From Chthonomonadales bacterium (GTDB lineage: Bacteria > Armatimonadota > Chthonomonadetes > Chthonomonadales > Chthonomonadaceae): a stretch of 21,921 nucleotides of DNA. The translations under genes and the position numbers were made by a program. Of this stretch, positions 9,480-18,535 are shown one piece after another (position 1 is the stretch's first letter; each line of letters opens with the position of its first letter). The notes under the pieces are model-generated. The model worked only from the letters and a program-made list of their open reading frames with translations, did not search any database and had not been told where the DNA came from. The stretch spans positions 1 through 21,921 of the forward strand of contig JBBQPO010000072.1 in the NCBI GenBank assembly GCA_038217285.1, written 5' to 3'.

Positions 9480-10394
9480 CTACTCCGTTTCCGCGTAGTA
9501 GTAGGCGGCCTCCTGCACATCGACGCGGCTCTTCTCCGTGAGGCGCAGCGGGGCGGCGAGCTTCTGCACGAAGTTTTCGTCGGCGAGCCATTCGCAGAGG
9601 CTATCGACATTCTCCAGATTCATCTGGTTGCCGAAGTGATGATTGATCTCAGTGGCGGAGCGGACTCCGCCCGCTTCCGACAGAAATTCGAAAACAGGTT
9701 TGAACAGGACCGGGGCGCGCTCCCGCAGGTACTGCCGGATCGTCTCCAGCGCCGCTGCCAGCCGTTCCGGCGTCTTTTCGGCGCGGATCAGATCGGTGTA
9801 GAGAATGCGGAACAGATCGGGATTGTGTCGTATCGCCTGCTGAATCACTTCGCGCCCCGTCACTTCCCCATGCAGCACGGTTTCGATGCTTGCCAGAGCG
9901 TCCAGCGATTTCAGGATCCAGAAGAAGCAGTAGTCGGTATCGTGGCGGACATGCAGCCATTTTTCCGCCTTGAGAAGGCCCGGCAGCAGCGCCGTGGCGG
10001 CGCTGAGGAGCTGGACTTCCCGGTCGCGGGCGCCGATGCGCTCCCGATTGGCGAACAGCTCAGCAAGGGTCTCATCCCGGCTGAACAGGATCCTGCCTTT
10101 CATCAGCAGAGAGTGGATAAAGGAGCTCTGGGTCGCACCCTCCAGCATACGCTTGAACTCACTGCGCGTTTTCAGAAAGACATGGATATTGATGTCGTCT
10201 TCGACCAGACAGAAGTGCGCCCGCAGCAGCCGCATCTCCTGGGTGATCAGCAGCAGATCGATGTCGGACTTCTCCCAGACGACATCGTGCGACAGACTGC
10301 CGAGCAGCACCGCAGCGACGATGGTCGTATCCTGCTTTACCTGGGCGATCAGAGCCTCCAGAGCCATTTCGTAGCGTTGTCGAATGTCAGTCAT
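9480..10394 (-). CDS. Pol-beta superfamily nucleotidyltransferase domain protein with probable C-terminal winged helix
   Basis: hGS...DxD motif VLLGSLSHDVVWEKSDIDLLLI; helical middle; wHTH-like tail SATEINHHF...LCEWLADENFVQK; AAGGAG SD before ATG 10394; 304 aa. Confidence 0.8.
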   Translation of the reverse strand: MTDIRQRYEMALEALIAQVKQDTTIVAAVLLGSLSHDVVWEKSDIDLLLITQEMRLLRAHFCLVEDDINIHVFLKTRSEFKRMLEGATQSSFIHSLLMKGRILFSRDETLAELFANRERIGARDREVQLLSAATALLPGLLKAEKWLHVRHDTDYCFFWILKSLDALASIETVLHGEVTGREVIQQAIRHNPDLFRILYTDLIRAEKTPERLAAALETIRQYLRERAPVLFKPVFEFLSEAGGVRSATEINHHFGNQMNLENVDSLCEWLADENFVQKLAAPLRLTEKSRVDVQEAAYYYAETE

Positions 10395-10470
10395 ACCGGA
10401 CTCCTTAACCACACTGGGATCTGTAGTAGCTGACTCTGGAACGCCCTCAGAATCCGGAAGCGCGGCGCTC

Positions 10471-10932
10471 TCAGGGTGTCCGAACCGAGGGAGACCGCGA
10501 CCGAACCGATTTTCGATAGATTGGAATCTTGATCTGTGTGGTGATTCCTGCCTCCACATTCGTAGACTGAGTCTGCATATCGAAACCGTCCAGCGTAGCC
10601 TGAAGGATATAGTGAGCCGCAGGCAGATCTTGCAGATAAAAATGCCCGTCAGCATCCGTGTTGGGCGCTGAATCGGGCACGGGCTCTTTGGAGTTGCTGA
10701 AGGAGATGGTGACGGAGACGCCGCCTACCGGGTTCTGCTTCTCATCGATCACCGTGCCATAGATGTTGCCATTCTTGAGCGGCTTGGGCGCTGGCTCATG
10801 CTCGCCGTAGCCTCCGATAGAATAGAAAGCATACAGCGCTATGGCCAGAACGGCCGGTACGAGAAACACCCGCAACGACCGCAACCTCGTGCCGCGCAGT
10901 TCATCGCGCAGAGTCGGTCCACTCAACCGCAT
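10471..10932 (-). CDS. Membrane-anchored carboxypeptidase regulatory-like (beta-sandwich) domain protein
   Basis: One hydrophobic segment (VFLVPAVLAIALYAFYSIG) followed by GNIYGTVIDEKQNPVGGVSVTI...TDADGHFYLQDLPAAHYILQATLDGF; AAGGAG SD. Confidence 0.85.
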   Translation of the reverse strand: MRLSGPTLRDELRGTRLRSLRVFLVPAVLAIALYAFYSIGGYGEHEPAPKPLKNGNIYGTVIDEKQNPVGGVSVTISFSNSKEPVPDSAPNTDADGHFYLQDLPAAHYILQATLDGFDMQTQSTNVEAGITTQIKIPIYRKSVRSRSPSVRTP

Positions 10933-11008
10933 TGTTCACACTCCTTCACACCGGATCGCATAGAACGAAACTGTCGGTAGTTTCGCAACCGAGGGCCGTC
11001 AATCCTCC

Positions 11009-11073
11009 TAAGAGCCTATCCCAATAGGAGGGCTTTTCCATCGCAGCAGAGCGCCATTTAGGATAGGCTCTTA
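11009..11073. mobile_element. Putative 65-bp MITE / IS scar with 13-bp terminal inverted repeats
   Basis: TAAGAGCCTATCC (11009-11021) and GGATAGGCTCTTA (11061-11073) are perfect reverse complements. The TAA/TTA outer ends resemble IS5-family termini and targets. No transposase is present. Confidence 0.45.
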
Positions 11074-11091
11074 AGACCGAACCCCTTTGAC

Positions 11092-11121
11092 TTGACAGAG
11101 GCTTTGCGCAGCCTGTATACT
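11092..11121 (+). promoter_or_regulatory. Sigma70-type promoter of smpB
   Basis: TTGACA (11092-11097), 18-nt spacer, TATACT (11116-11121), about 25 nt upstream of the ATG. Confidence 0.7.
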
Positions 11122-11145
11122 GCTGCACTGCTGAAGCGAGGCGAA

Positions 11146-11655
11146 ATGATGAAGAAAGACAAGGCTGCGGCCAAAAACTCTGTCGAGGCCGACCGCAACG
11201 CAAAAAAAATGGTTTCCGTGAACCGACGGGCACGGCACGACTATGAGATCGAGGACGCGTTCGATGCGGGCTTGGTGCTGGTCGGCACGGAGGTCAAATC
11301 GTTGCGTGCCGGACGCATCAATTTCCAGGACTCGTTCTGCCGCATCGAAAACAACGAGTGCTGGCTCTACAATATGCACATCATGCCTTACGAGCATGGC
11401 AATCGAGCGAATGTCGAACCGTTGCGGAAGCGCAAACTGCTGCTGCACGCCGTGGAGATCGCGGAGCTCCGCAAACAGACCGAGCAGAAGGGTCTGACCA
11501 TCGTGCCGCTCGCGCTCTATTTCCAGCGCGGCTTTGCCAAACTGGAGATCGCCCTGGCGCGCGGTAAAAAGCTCTACGACAAGCGCGAGTCCATTGCCGA
11601 GCACGATCAGGAGCGCGAATCCCGGCGTCAGTTCGCCCATCGTGGCCGCGAATAG
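11146..11655 (+). CDS. smpB: SsrA-binding protein SmpB
   Basis: NRRARHDYEIEDAFDAGLVLVGTEVKSLR, RKRKLLLH, GLTIVPLALYF and ARGKKLYDKRESI. Start at ATG 11146 or 11149; the ORF-track start at 11092 is the -35 box. Confidence 0.97.
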   Translation: MMKKDKAAAKNSVEADRNAKKMVSVNRRARHDYEIEDAFDAGLVLVGTEVKSLRAGRINFQDSFCRIENNECWLYNMHIMPYEHGNRANVEPLRKRKLLLHAVEIAELRKQTEQKGLTIVPLALYFQRGFAKLEIALARGKKLYDKRESIAEHDQERESRRQFAHRGRE

Positions 11656-11699
11656 AACCACAAGCCTCTTTTCCTTCCCGCAAGACCAGCCAAATTAAC

Positions 11700-11735
11700 A
11701 CAGACGCGAAGCACAAAGGTGTGCTTCGCGTCTGT
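11700..11735. terminator. 16-bp perfect stem-loop between convergent smpB and DUF892 genes
   Basis: ACAGACGCGAAGCACA-AAGG-TGTGCTTCGCGTCTGT. Confidence 0.75.
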
Positions 11736-11762
11736 ACGTTAGAGAGAGTGTGTTGCCCGATC

Positions 11763-12260
11763 TCAGGCGGGTACGGAGGCGCCCAGCACGGCCGCTTTTG
11801 CGGTTTCCGAGATCAGCGGGAACAGAGTATCCGCCGCTTCCTTCTCTTCCGAGATAGCCCGCTCGGCGAGAGCGACGGTTTCAGTATCGCCCAGTTGCGC
11901 GGCATACGCCTTTAGCGAGGTGTACATACCCACTTCGAGATACTCGGTCGAGTAGGCCTTGATGATGTCCTGGGTCGTCTTGTCGTAGTCGTCGTGCCCG
12001 ATATTCACAAAGTCACTGACCTTGCCCATGATCGAGTTCAGGATGCCCTTGCCGCCCGACGTCTTACCGCCGAGTGAAATCAAGCGCTGTTCCAGGCGCT
12101 GTGCCTGGTTCTGCGTCACGGCCAGATGCTCCTGAAACGCGGTTTTGGCCTGCACATTGTTGACGCGATCGATCAGGCTGCGCAGCATATCGGCGATACC
12201 GACTTCCGCAGCATGCGCGTCGTCGAGGTAGCGGAGCAGTCGCTCCTGAGGGGTTTCCAT
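11763..12260 (-). CDS. Ferritin-like DUF892 (YciE/YciF family) protein
   Basis: YLDDAHAAE, EHLAVTQNQAQRLE, YSTEYLEVGMYTSLKAYAAQLGD and EEKEAA di-metal four-helix pattern; AAGGAG SD before ATG 12260. Confidence 0.88.
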   Translation of the reverse strand: METPQERLLRYLDDAHAAEVGIADMLRSLIDRVNNVQAKTAFQEHLAVTQNQAQRLEQRLISLGGKTSGGKGILNSIMGKVSDFVNIGHDDYDKTTQDIIKAYSTEYLEVGMYTSLKAYAAQLGDTETVALAERAISEEKEAADTLFPLISETAKAAVLGASVPA

Positions 12261-12442
12261 CTGTCTTTTCTCCTTCGTGAGAGACAGGCGGGAAAGGGTA
12301 ATGACGAGCGCCGCCGCTCTCATTTCCGCCTGCGGGTGCAATATTTTGGGTGGCCCATCGCCGCCATATCATTTGCCACGCATAAGACGCGCCCCGATTG
12401 TGAAGAGTTCCCCCCGATACAGGGTCCGAATCAGGAAGAATC

Positions 12443-12479
12443 GGAAACAGCCCTTCTCACGGTGAGAAGGGCTGTTTCC
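12443..12479 (-). terminator. Long inverted repeat downstream of the S41 peptidase gene (probable terminator)
   Basis: GGAAACAGCCCTTCTCAC-G-GTGAGAAGGGCTGTTTCC, 18-bp perfect arms. A second imperfect hairpin lies at about 12489-12523. Confidence 0.7.
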
Positions 12480-12546
12480 ATGTTGGGCCACTGCCCTGTC
12501 GCCTGCATGAGGCACAGGCAGTGCAGAACGAGCCTGATTGCGTGGA

Positions 12547-14628
12547 CTATTTCTGGGGCAGGCGGGGATCTTTGAGGAGTTCCTGCACAGCGCGTTCCAA
12601 TTGGGTATCGTGCCCGGCGAGGTAGGCGGCGGGCGTGTTCTCGACCAGGATGTCCGGTGGGACGCCCCAGTTCTCCATATCGTGGCCGTCCAGGGTATAG
12701 CAGCCGATATGGGGGATGCGGAGGAAACTGCCGTCGAGCAGGCCGGTTCCGAAGGTGAAGATGATCCAGCCCATCGTCGGGGTGCCGAGGACTTTGCCGA
12801 GCTTTAGCTCCTTGAAGCCGTTGGTGAAGACCTCGGCGTCGCTCAGCGCGAACTCGTTGATAAGCAGAAGGATCGGTTTGGTGTAGGCGCGTTCCGGCTG
12901 CGGAAAAGGCGCTTCGGTACGCGGGGCGAAGGTGAAGTAGTGCCGATTACGCTCCAGAATTTTCAGCAGGCTGTCGTGGGTATCGCCGCCATTGTTGAAG
13001 CGCAGGTCGATGATCATGCCCTCTTTGCGCTGCCCCACACTGAACAGCTCCCGTTCGAAGCGGTTGCGAGCCGCATCTCCCATGTCGGGCACATGCAGGT
13101 AGCCGAGGCGTCCGCCGGAAACCTGCTCTACCACGGCACGGCGTTCGTCCAGCCACTTCTCATAGAGTAGGCCATGCCACTCCCCGTAGTTGATCGGCTT
13201 GATCTTTACCGTGCGCGCCCCCGCCTTATCCGGCTTGTTGTTGACCAGCAGGGTAACGGTGCGCCCTACCTTCTCCGTCATGGCTTTGTCGTAACTCGAA
13301 TCGGCCTGCACCTCCTGCCCGTCGATACTCAGGATAGTGTCGCCCGGCTGCAGGCGGCTCTCCTCATGGTCGGCGGGGCTGCGATGCAGGACGGTCTTGA
13401 CTTTGACGCCGGGGCCCTCGTAAGCTTCGTCGTGCCATATCCCGAGGTAACCCGTCTCGCGCGGCGCCCGTGCGCCGCCGCCGCCGAACCCGGTATGCGA
13501 CGAGTTGAGTTCGCCAAGCAGTTCGGTCATCAGATAGTTGAAGTCCGGCCGCACGGTGACGTAGTCCACTTTGTCACGGTACTTCCGGCGCAGCGCGTTC
13601 CAGTCCGCACCGTGAAACTTCGGGTCGTAGTAACGGTCGTTGAGAATCTGCCACGCCTCGTCGAAAGTCGCTTTGTAATCGACGAGGCGGTCGATCTCCA
13701 TGCGCACCGTGAACCCGACGGTTCCCAGCGCGCCGCCGCCCCTGGGCAGCCAGCGGATCGCGCCGCCGCTCAGGAAATAGAAGCGGGAGGAGTCAGGGGC
13801 CCATTCGAAATCCCCAGTTCCGGTGCCGTTGATCGTCTCGATGTCGCGATTGTGGTAGCGGTTGGAGCGGAACGCGAGTTTTTTGCCGTCTCCGAACCAC
13901 TGCGGTAGGTTGTTGAAGCCGGGATGATCGCTGACATTGATAGGCGCACCGGCCTTCATCGCCTGGCCGTCCGGTATCACGCCGATCACCCATACATCCT
14001 CGTTGCGGATCGTGTCCTCCTGCGTGTAGGTCAGCCACTTGCTGTCCGGCGCCCAGCGGAACGGGCCGACATTCGGGCCTTTGACGACGACCTGCTCGCC
14101 GGTGCCGTCCGGTTTTATCAGATAGAGGCCGGTTTTGGGGCCGCGTCGGAAGGCGATCCATTTGCCGTCCGGGGAGAGCGCGGGGAGAGAGCAGTTGTTC
14201 TCCTCGGTGAGGAGCATCGTCATGCGACCGGTCGTCACGTCGAGCCGGTAGAGGCTGCTGCGCTGAGTGGCGCGTGTGGAGGTGACGAGCAGGCTCTTCC
14301 CCTCCGGGAACCAGTCGTAGAGGGAGATCGATGTGCTGTGGAAGGTGATCTGCCGCACCGAGCCGCCGAAGGCCGGGATGAGGAATATCTGATTGCCGCC
14401 CTCGCGGTCGGAGCGGAAGGCGATCCAGGCACCGTCCGGCGACCAGTGCGGCTGGCTGTCATAGGAATCGTTGGCGGTAAGGCGCGTGGCCGGGCCTCCC
14501 TTCACCGGCGAAACCCAGAGGTTGCCCTGATAGGAGAAGCAGATACTCTTCCCATCCGGCGACAGCGCCGGATACCGCCCCAGATGGATCGGCTGTTCCG
14601 TGGGCAGCGTCAGGTATAATGCCAGACA
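12547..14628 (-). pseudogene. Tricorn-like S41 family peptidase (PD40 propeller repeats, C1, PDZ, S41 catalytic domain), shortened and lacking a normal 5' end
   Basis: SPDG/APDS repeats, FDEAWQILNDRYYDPKFHGADW, LGELNSSH, PDZ (SPA...LQPGDTILSIDG), GYLHVPDM, IIDLRFNNGG and LINEFALSDAE (catalytic Ser). The frame extends past GTG 14505 (EQPIHLGRYPALSPDGKSICFSYQGNLWV) to an in-frame TGA at 14631-14629 with no ATG/GTG/TTG. It has 693 codons versus roughly 1000-1100 aa typical of tricorn homologues. The family call is firm; pseudogene status is inferred. Confidence 0.7.
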
Positions 14629-14688
14629 TCAAAATAGCGTCCGGATAAGACGGCTGTGTGGAATCTCCTGTCCGGAAAGGACAATACG

Positions 14689-16578
14689 TTGCCTGGAAGA
14701 TATACCATCTGTGTCTGGTTCTCTCTGTTGTGGCTTCTATTCCAGTCTGGCGGCGGCGGAGCACAGGGCCGGTTTTCGGTGCGCGACAACTATACCAAAA
14801 CAGAGGTTTCCATCGCCATGCGCGATGGGAAGAAGCTGTATACGGTTATTTTCTCGCCGAAGGACGGCTCGAAAACCTATCCGATCCTGTTGGAACGCAC
14901 ACCCTATAGCGTCTCCTACGGCCCCGACGCCTTTCCCGGCTCCCTCGGCCCCTCGGGGCATTTTGCGGAGGGCGGCTACATCGTGGTCTATCAGGATGTG
15001 CGCGGGCGGTATATGTCCGAAGGGGAGTATGTGAATATGCGCCCGCAGCTTGGGAGCAAGCACGGCAAGGGGGAGATCGACGAGAGCACCGACACCTACG
15101 ATACCATCGACTGGCTGATCCACAACGTGCCCCAGAACAACGGGCGGGTCGGCATGTGGGGCATCTCTTATCCCGGCTTCTATGCGGCGGCCGGCGCGAT
15201 CAACGCCCATCCTGCCCTGAAGGCGGTTTCGCCGCAGGCCCCAATCGCCGACTGGTTCCTGGGCGATGACGACCACCATAACGGCGCATTCTACCTGATG
15301 GACAGCTTCGCCTGGGACTTCGGGTCACGGTTCGACTGGCCCCGTTCCGGCCCCTCCCGCTCCCAGCCGCCGACCGGCCTCCAGTACAACTCCAGCAACG
15401 CCTATCAGTTCTATCTGGATCTCGGCCCGCTGGCGAACGCCAATACACGCTATTTTCACGACGCCGTTCCTTACTGGAATGAGTTGATGGCACACGGCAC
15501 GTACGACCCCTACTGGCAGGCGCGCAGTCTGCTGCCGCATCTACGGGACATCCGGCCCGCCATGCTGATCGTGGGAGGCTGGTTCGACGCGGAGGATTTC
15601 TACGGCCCGCTGCATATCTTCCAGACCATCGCGCACACAAGTCCGACGACGGAGAACTTTCTGGTGGTCGGCCCCTGGCCGCATGGGGGCTGGGCCGGAG
15701 GGGATCGCAGCAGTTTCGGCGACATCCCGTTCCGCAGTGCGACGGCAGTCGCCTATCGGGACGAGGTCGAGTTCCCCTTTTTCAATCACTATCTGAAGGA
15801 CGAGGGAGAGTGGAAGGAGCCGAAAGCGCGGGTCTTTGCGACCGGTTCCAATCAGTGGCTCTCCTTCGACTCCTGGCCGCCGCGCGACCTCCATTCCGCA
15901 TCGCTCTACTTCCACGACGGGCATGGCCTTTCGATCTCGCCACCAAAAGTTTTACCGGCGGCGGAAGCTGCCGACAGTTATGTCAGCGACCCGGCGAAGC
16001 CGGTGCCCTACATCGCGACCGCCTCGAAGGGCATCCATCGTGACAGCGCCTATATGATCGCCGACCAGCACTTCGCCGCCGATCGACCGGACGTCCTGAC
16101 CTATAAGACGGAGCCGCTCGCGAAGGACATGACCGTCGTCGGACCGATTACGGCGGATCTCTTCGTCTCCACCTCGGGCACCGACTCCGACTGGGTCGTC
16201 AAAGTCGTGGACGTCTATCCCGACGACGCGCCCGACAGCGAGTCGGCGACAGGCCGGACCAAGATGACAGGCTATCAGATGCTGGTACGCGCGGACGTGA
16301 TGCGCGGCAAGTTTCGCAACAGTTTCGAGCGGCCGGAGCCATTCGTGCCCGGAAAGGTGACGCGGGTAAAGTTCGCCCTGCCGGATGTCTGCCACACCTT
16401 CCGGAAGGGGCACCGCCTCATGGTTCAGGTGCAGAGCAGCTGGTTTCCGCTGGTGGACCGGAACCCTCAGACATTTGGCGACATCGCCCGCGCGGCCGCC
16501 GCCGACTTCCATCCGGCCACGCAGCGCCTCTACCATACGGCGGCCTATCCCTCCCGTATCATCCTGGGAGTGCGTTAA
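14689..16578 (+). CDS. CocE/NonD family hydrolase (peptidase S15 / alpha-amino acid ester hydrolase-like), secreted
   Basis: MRDGKKLYT, RTPY, YQDVRGRYMSEG, nucleophile GMWGISYPG, GGWFDAED, GPWPHGGW and C-terminal HTFRKGHRLMVQVQSSWFPLVDRNPQTF. TTG 14689 follows AAGGA and begins a hydrophobic signal-like segment; TATAAT at 14615-14620. Confidence 0.93.
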   Translation: MPGRYTICVWFSLLWLLFQSGGGGAQGRFSVRDNYTKTEVSIAMRDGKKLYTVIFSPKDGSKTYPILLERTPYSVSYGPDAFPGSLGPSGHFAEGGYIVVYQDVRGRYMSEGEYVNMRPQLGSKHGKGEIDESTDTYDTIDWLIHNVPQNNGRVGMWGISYPGFYAAAGAINAHPALKAVSPQAPIADWFLGDDDHHNGAFYLMDSFAWDFGSRFDWPRSGPSRSQPPTGLQYNSSNAYQFYLDLGPLANANTRYFHDAVPYWNELMAHGTYDPYWQARSLLPHLRDIRPAMLIVGGWFDAEDFYGPLHIFQTIAHTSPTTENFLVVGPWPHGGWAGGDRSSFGDIPFRSATAVAYRDEVEFPFFNHYLKDEGEWKEPKARVFATGSNQWLSFDSWPPRDLHSASLYFHDGHGLSISPPKVLPAAEAADSYVSDPAKPVPYIATASKGIHRDSAYMIADQHFAADRPDVLTYKTEPLAKDMTVVGPITADLFVSTSGTDSDWVVKVVDVYPDDAPDSESATGRTKMTGYQMLVRADVMRGKFRNSFERPEPFVPGKVTRVKFALPDVCHTFRKGHRLMVQVQSSWFPLVDRNPQTFGDIARAAAADFHPATQRLYHTAAYPSRIILGVR

Positions 16579-16622
16579 AGGAACCCGTGTCGCTGGGACA
16601 CGGGAGAGGAGAGAGGAACACG

Positions 16623-17483
16623 ATGACGGCGATCAAACTCGGCGTATCGAGCTATTCGTTCTGGCATTTTCGCGGGCCGAAATTTCCCCTGGAGACCGTG
16701 ATCGAGCGGGCGAGCGCGCTGGGCGCTCAGGGCGTAGAGGTGCTGCACCGGCAGATGGAGAGCGAGGAGCCCGCCTATCTCCACCGGCTGAAGCGCCATG
16801 CGTTTCTCCACGGCGTGGACCTGATCTGTCTTTCGATCCATCAAAACTTTGTGTCGCCCGATCCGGAGGTGCGCCAGCAGAACGTGGCGCATACCGTCCG
16901 CTGCCTTCAGATGGCCCATGAAATGGGCATCCCCTGTATCCGCCTGAACTCCGGACGCTGGGGAACGGTGGAGTCCTTTGATCGCCTTATGGAGCTTCGC
17001 GGCGACGAGCCGCCGCTCCCTGGCCACACCGAAGACGAGGCGTTCACATGGTGCATCGAGGCCACGGAGCAGTGCCTTCAGGCGGCAGAGAAGTACGGCG
17101 TGCTGCTCGCACTGGAGAATCACTGGGGCCTGACACGGGAGCCGGAAGGCGTGCTGCGGATCGTGGACGCCCTCGGTTCGCCCTGGCTCAGCGTACTGAT
17201 GGACACGGGCAACTTCCTGGAAGCGCCGTACGGGAAGTTGGAGCAGATGGCGCCCCGCGCCGCCTACGTCCACGCCAAGACCTACTTCGGAGGAGGCGAA
17301 TGGTACACCCTGGACCTCGATTACCGCCGGGTAGCGGAGATTCTGGCGAAGGCCGGGTACCGGGGGTACGTCTCGCTGGAGTTCGAGGGCAAGGAGGACG
17401 CTGAGACGGCGGTTCCGAAGAGCCTCTCCCTGCTGCGTACAGCGTTCGATTCGCCCGCCCTGGAGATCCCCGGAAATTTTTAG
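16623..17483 (+). CDS. Sugar phosphate isomerase/epimerase family (xylose isomerase-like TIM barrel) protein
   Basis: LGVSSYSFWHF, LALENHWG, LMDTGNF, VHAKTYFGGG and YRGYVSLEFEG metal-binding pattern; purine-rich SD before ATG 16623. Confidence 0.9.
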   Translation: MTAIKLGVSSYSFWHFRGPKFPLETVIERASALGAQGVEVLHRQMESEEPAYLHRLKRHAFLHGVDLICLSIHQNFVSPDPEVRQQNVAHTVRCLQMAHEMGIPCIRLNSGRWGTVESFDRLMELRGDEPPLPGHTEDEAFTWCIEATEQCLQAAEKYGVLLALENHWGLTREPEGVLRIVDALGSPWLSVLMDTGNFLEAPYGKLEQMAPRAAYVHAKTYFGGGEWYTLDLDYRRVAEILAKAGYRGYVSLEFEGKEDAETAVPKSLSLLRTAFDSPALEIPGNF

Positions 17484-17592
17484 GGATCGCAGCAATCAGA
17501 AATGACCCGTTGGAGTAGGCACATAAGAACGGTTGACGATCCTCGCAAGCCTACTCTGACATACCCCCGATAATTTAGGCCAGCAGAGAAGG

Positions 17593-17633
17593 GAAACGGG
17601 AGCCACCAGCGCGACGCTGAATGCTCCCGTTTC
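17593..17633. terminator. Hairpin between convergent epimerase and prepilin-like genes
   Basis: GAAACGGGAGC (17593-17603) pairs with GCTCCCGTTTC (17623-17633), with an inner CAGCG/CGCTG stem. Confidence 0.6.
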
Positions 17634-17674
17634 GGGTTGTATGTAGAGAAGGGTGGTCTACGGCCTCCCTTAGA

Positions 17675-18421
17675 CTAGCCGCCAACGTTCCAGAAGGTGG
17701 TATTGGGAGCGTCCGCGCCGCTGTAGGCCACACCTTTCGGCCAGTTGACCTGGCGGACGGAGTCTCTGTACCATTTCGCATGTCCCTCCGAGAAGGTCAT
17801 GTTGAAGCCCTGGGCATGGCGGCTTTCCGGCCAGAAGCGCTTGTCTCCGGGTGTGCCGAACGGAACGGAGCGATCCACTTCGCCGTAGATTTCGCCGAAG
17901 GCAACGCATTCCGCAGGAGTAGAAACCGACGCCATCTTTTTGACATTGGCCGGAGGTTGGGCAAGCCAGTTGTTGTAGCCGTAGCCACGCCGAAAACCAC
18001 GCGTGTCGCGGGAGGGGGCCTTACTCGGGCATTGATAGAAGGGGATGAAAGCGGTAAAAAGGTCCGGCCGCGCCGTGCCCAGAGCCGCATTCACCTGTTT
18101 GGCGAGACTGGTGTCGCCCATCTTGATGTAGGGAATGAGATCGACGGTCCAGTCTCGGGCTGGCGGGCCTCCGGTCCATACCATGGGATAGGTTTCATCA
18201 TAGTCCTGAAGATACATGGTCAGAGCCGTGCCCATCTGACGGCAGTTGGACAGACAACTGGTCTGACGGGCCTTTTCGCGCGCCTGCGCGAAGACCGGGA
18301 ACAGAATGGCCGCCAGAATGGCGATAATGGCGATAACAACCAGCAGTTCAATCAGCGTAAAGGCGGAGCGGGGTTTACATCCGGACGGATGTACGGCGGA
18401 AGGTGATGATTGTGTCAGCAT
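17675..18421 (-). CDS. Prepilin-type N-terminal cleavage/methylation domain protein (DUF1559 / H-X9-DG family)
   Basis: [40 protein letters not shown]...[15 protein letters not shown] and C-terminal [17 protein letters not shown]; own AAGGAG SD before ATG 18421; 248 aa. Confidence 0.92.
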   Translation of the reverse strand: MLTQSSPSAVHPSGCKPRSAFTLIELLVVIAIIAILAAILFPVFAQAREKARQTSCLSNCRQMGTALTMYLQDYDETYPMVWTGGPPARDWTVDLIPYIKMGDTSLAKQVNAALGTARPDLFTAFIPFYQCPSKAPSRDTRGFRRGYGYNNWLAQPPANVKKMASVSTPAECVAFGEIYGEVDRSVPFGTPGDKRFWPESRHAQGFNMTFSEGHAKWYRDSVRQVNWPKGVAYSGADAPNTTFWNVGG

Positions 18422-18535
18422 AGGGATCCTCTCCTTACACAGAAAAGCTTCTGTGTGCATACTACAAGCGCATGAACGCATACACATTCGATATTGGAAT
18501 CCGTTTTCCTGCTTATCACAGCAATTAGTTTTCAT

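Noticed and set aside
6303..10394. TA pair, NACHT and nucleotidyltransferase as one multi-gene defence system
   Set aside because: The genes are divergent or convergent rather than operonic, and two are broken; co-location alone does not support a single system.
10395..10655. 87-aa N-terminal extension of the nucleotidyltransferase in the ORF track
   Set aside because: It overlaps the upstream gene in another frame, and a good SD precedes ATG 10394.
11656..11762. Possible tmRNA (ssrA) gene or ssrA-integrated element beside smpB
   Set aside because: Only about 107 nt separate smpB from the next gene, with no tRNA-like ends and no integrase.
5150..17495. Other long alternative-frame ORFs (e.g. 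5150-6175 -, 9636-10433 +, 13174-13908 +, 16575-17495 -)
   Set aside because: These are typical high-GC antisense shadows that fully overlap well-supported genes.
17513..17556. 8-bp inverted repeat GAGTAGGC/GCCTACTC downstream of the epimerase
   Set aside because: The arms are short with a 28-nt loop; it cannot be distinguished from chance, and a better hairpin lies at 17593-17633.
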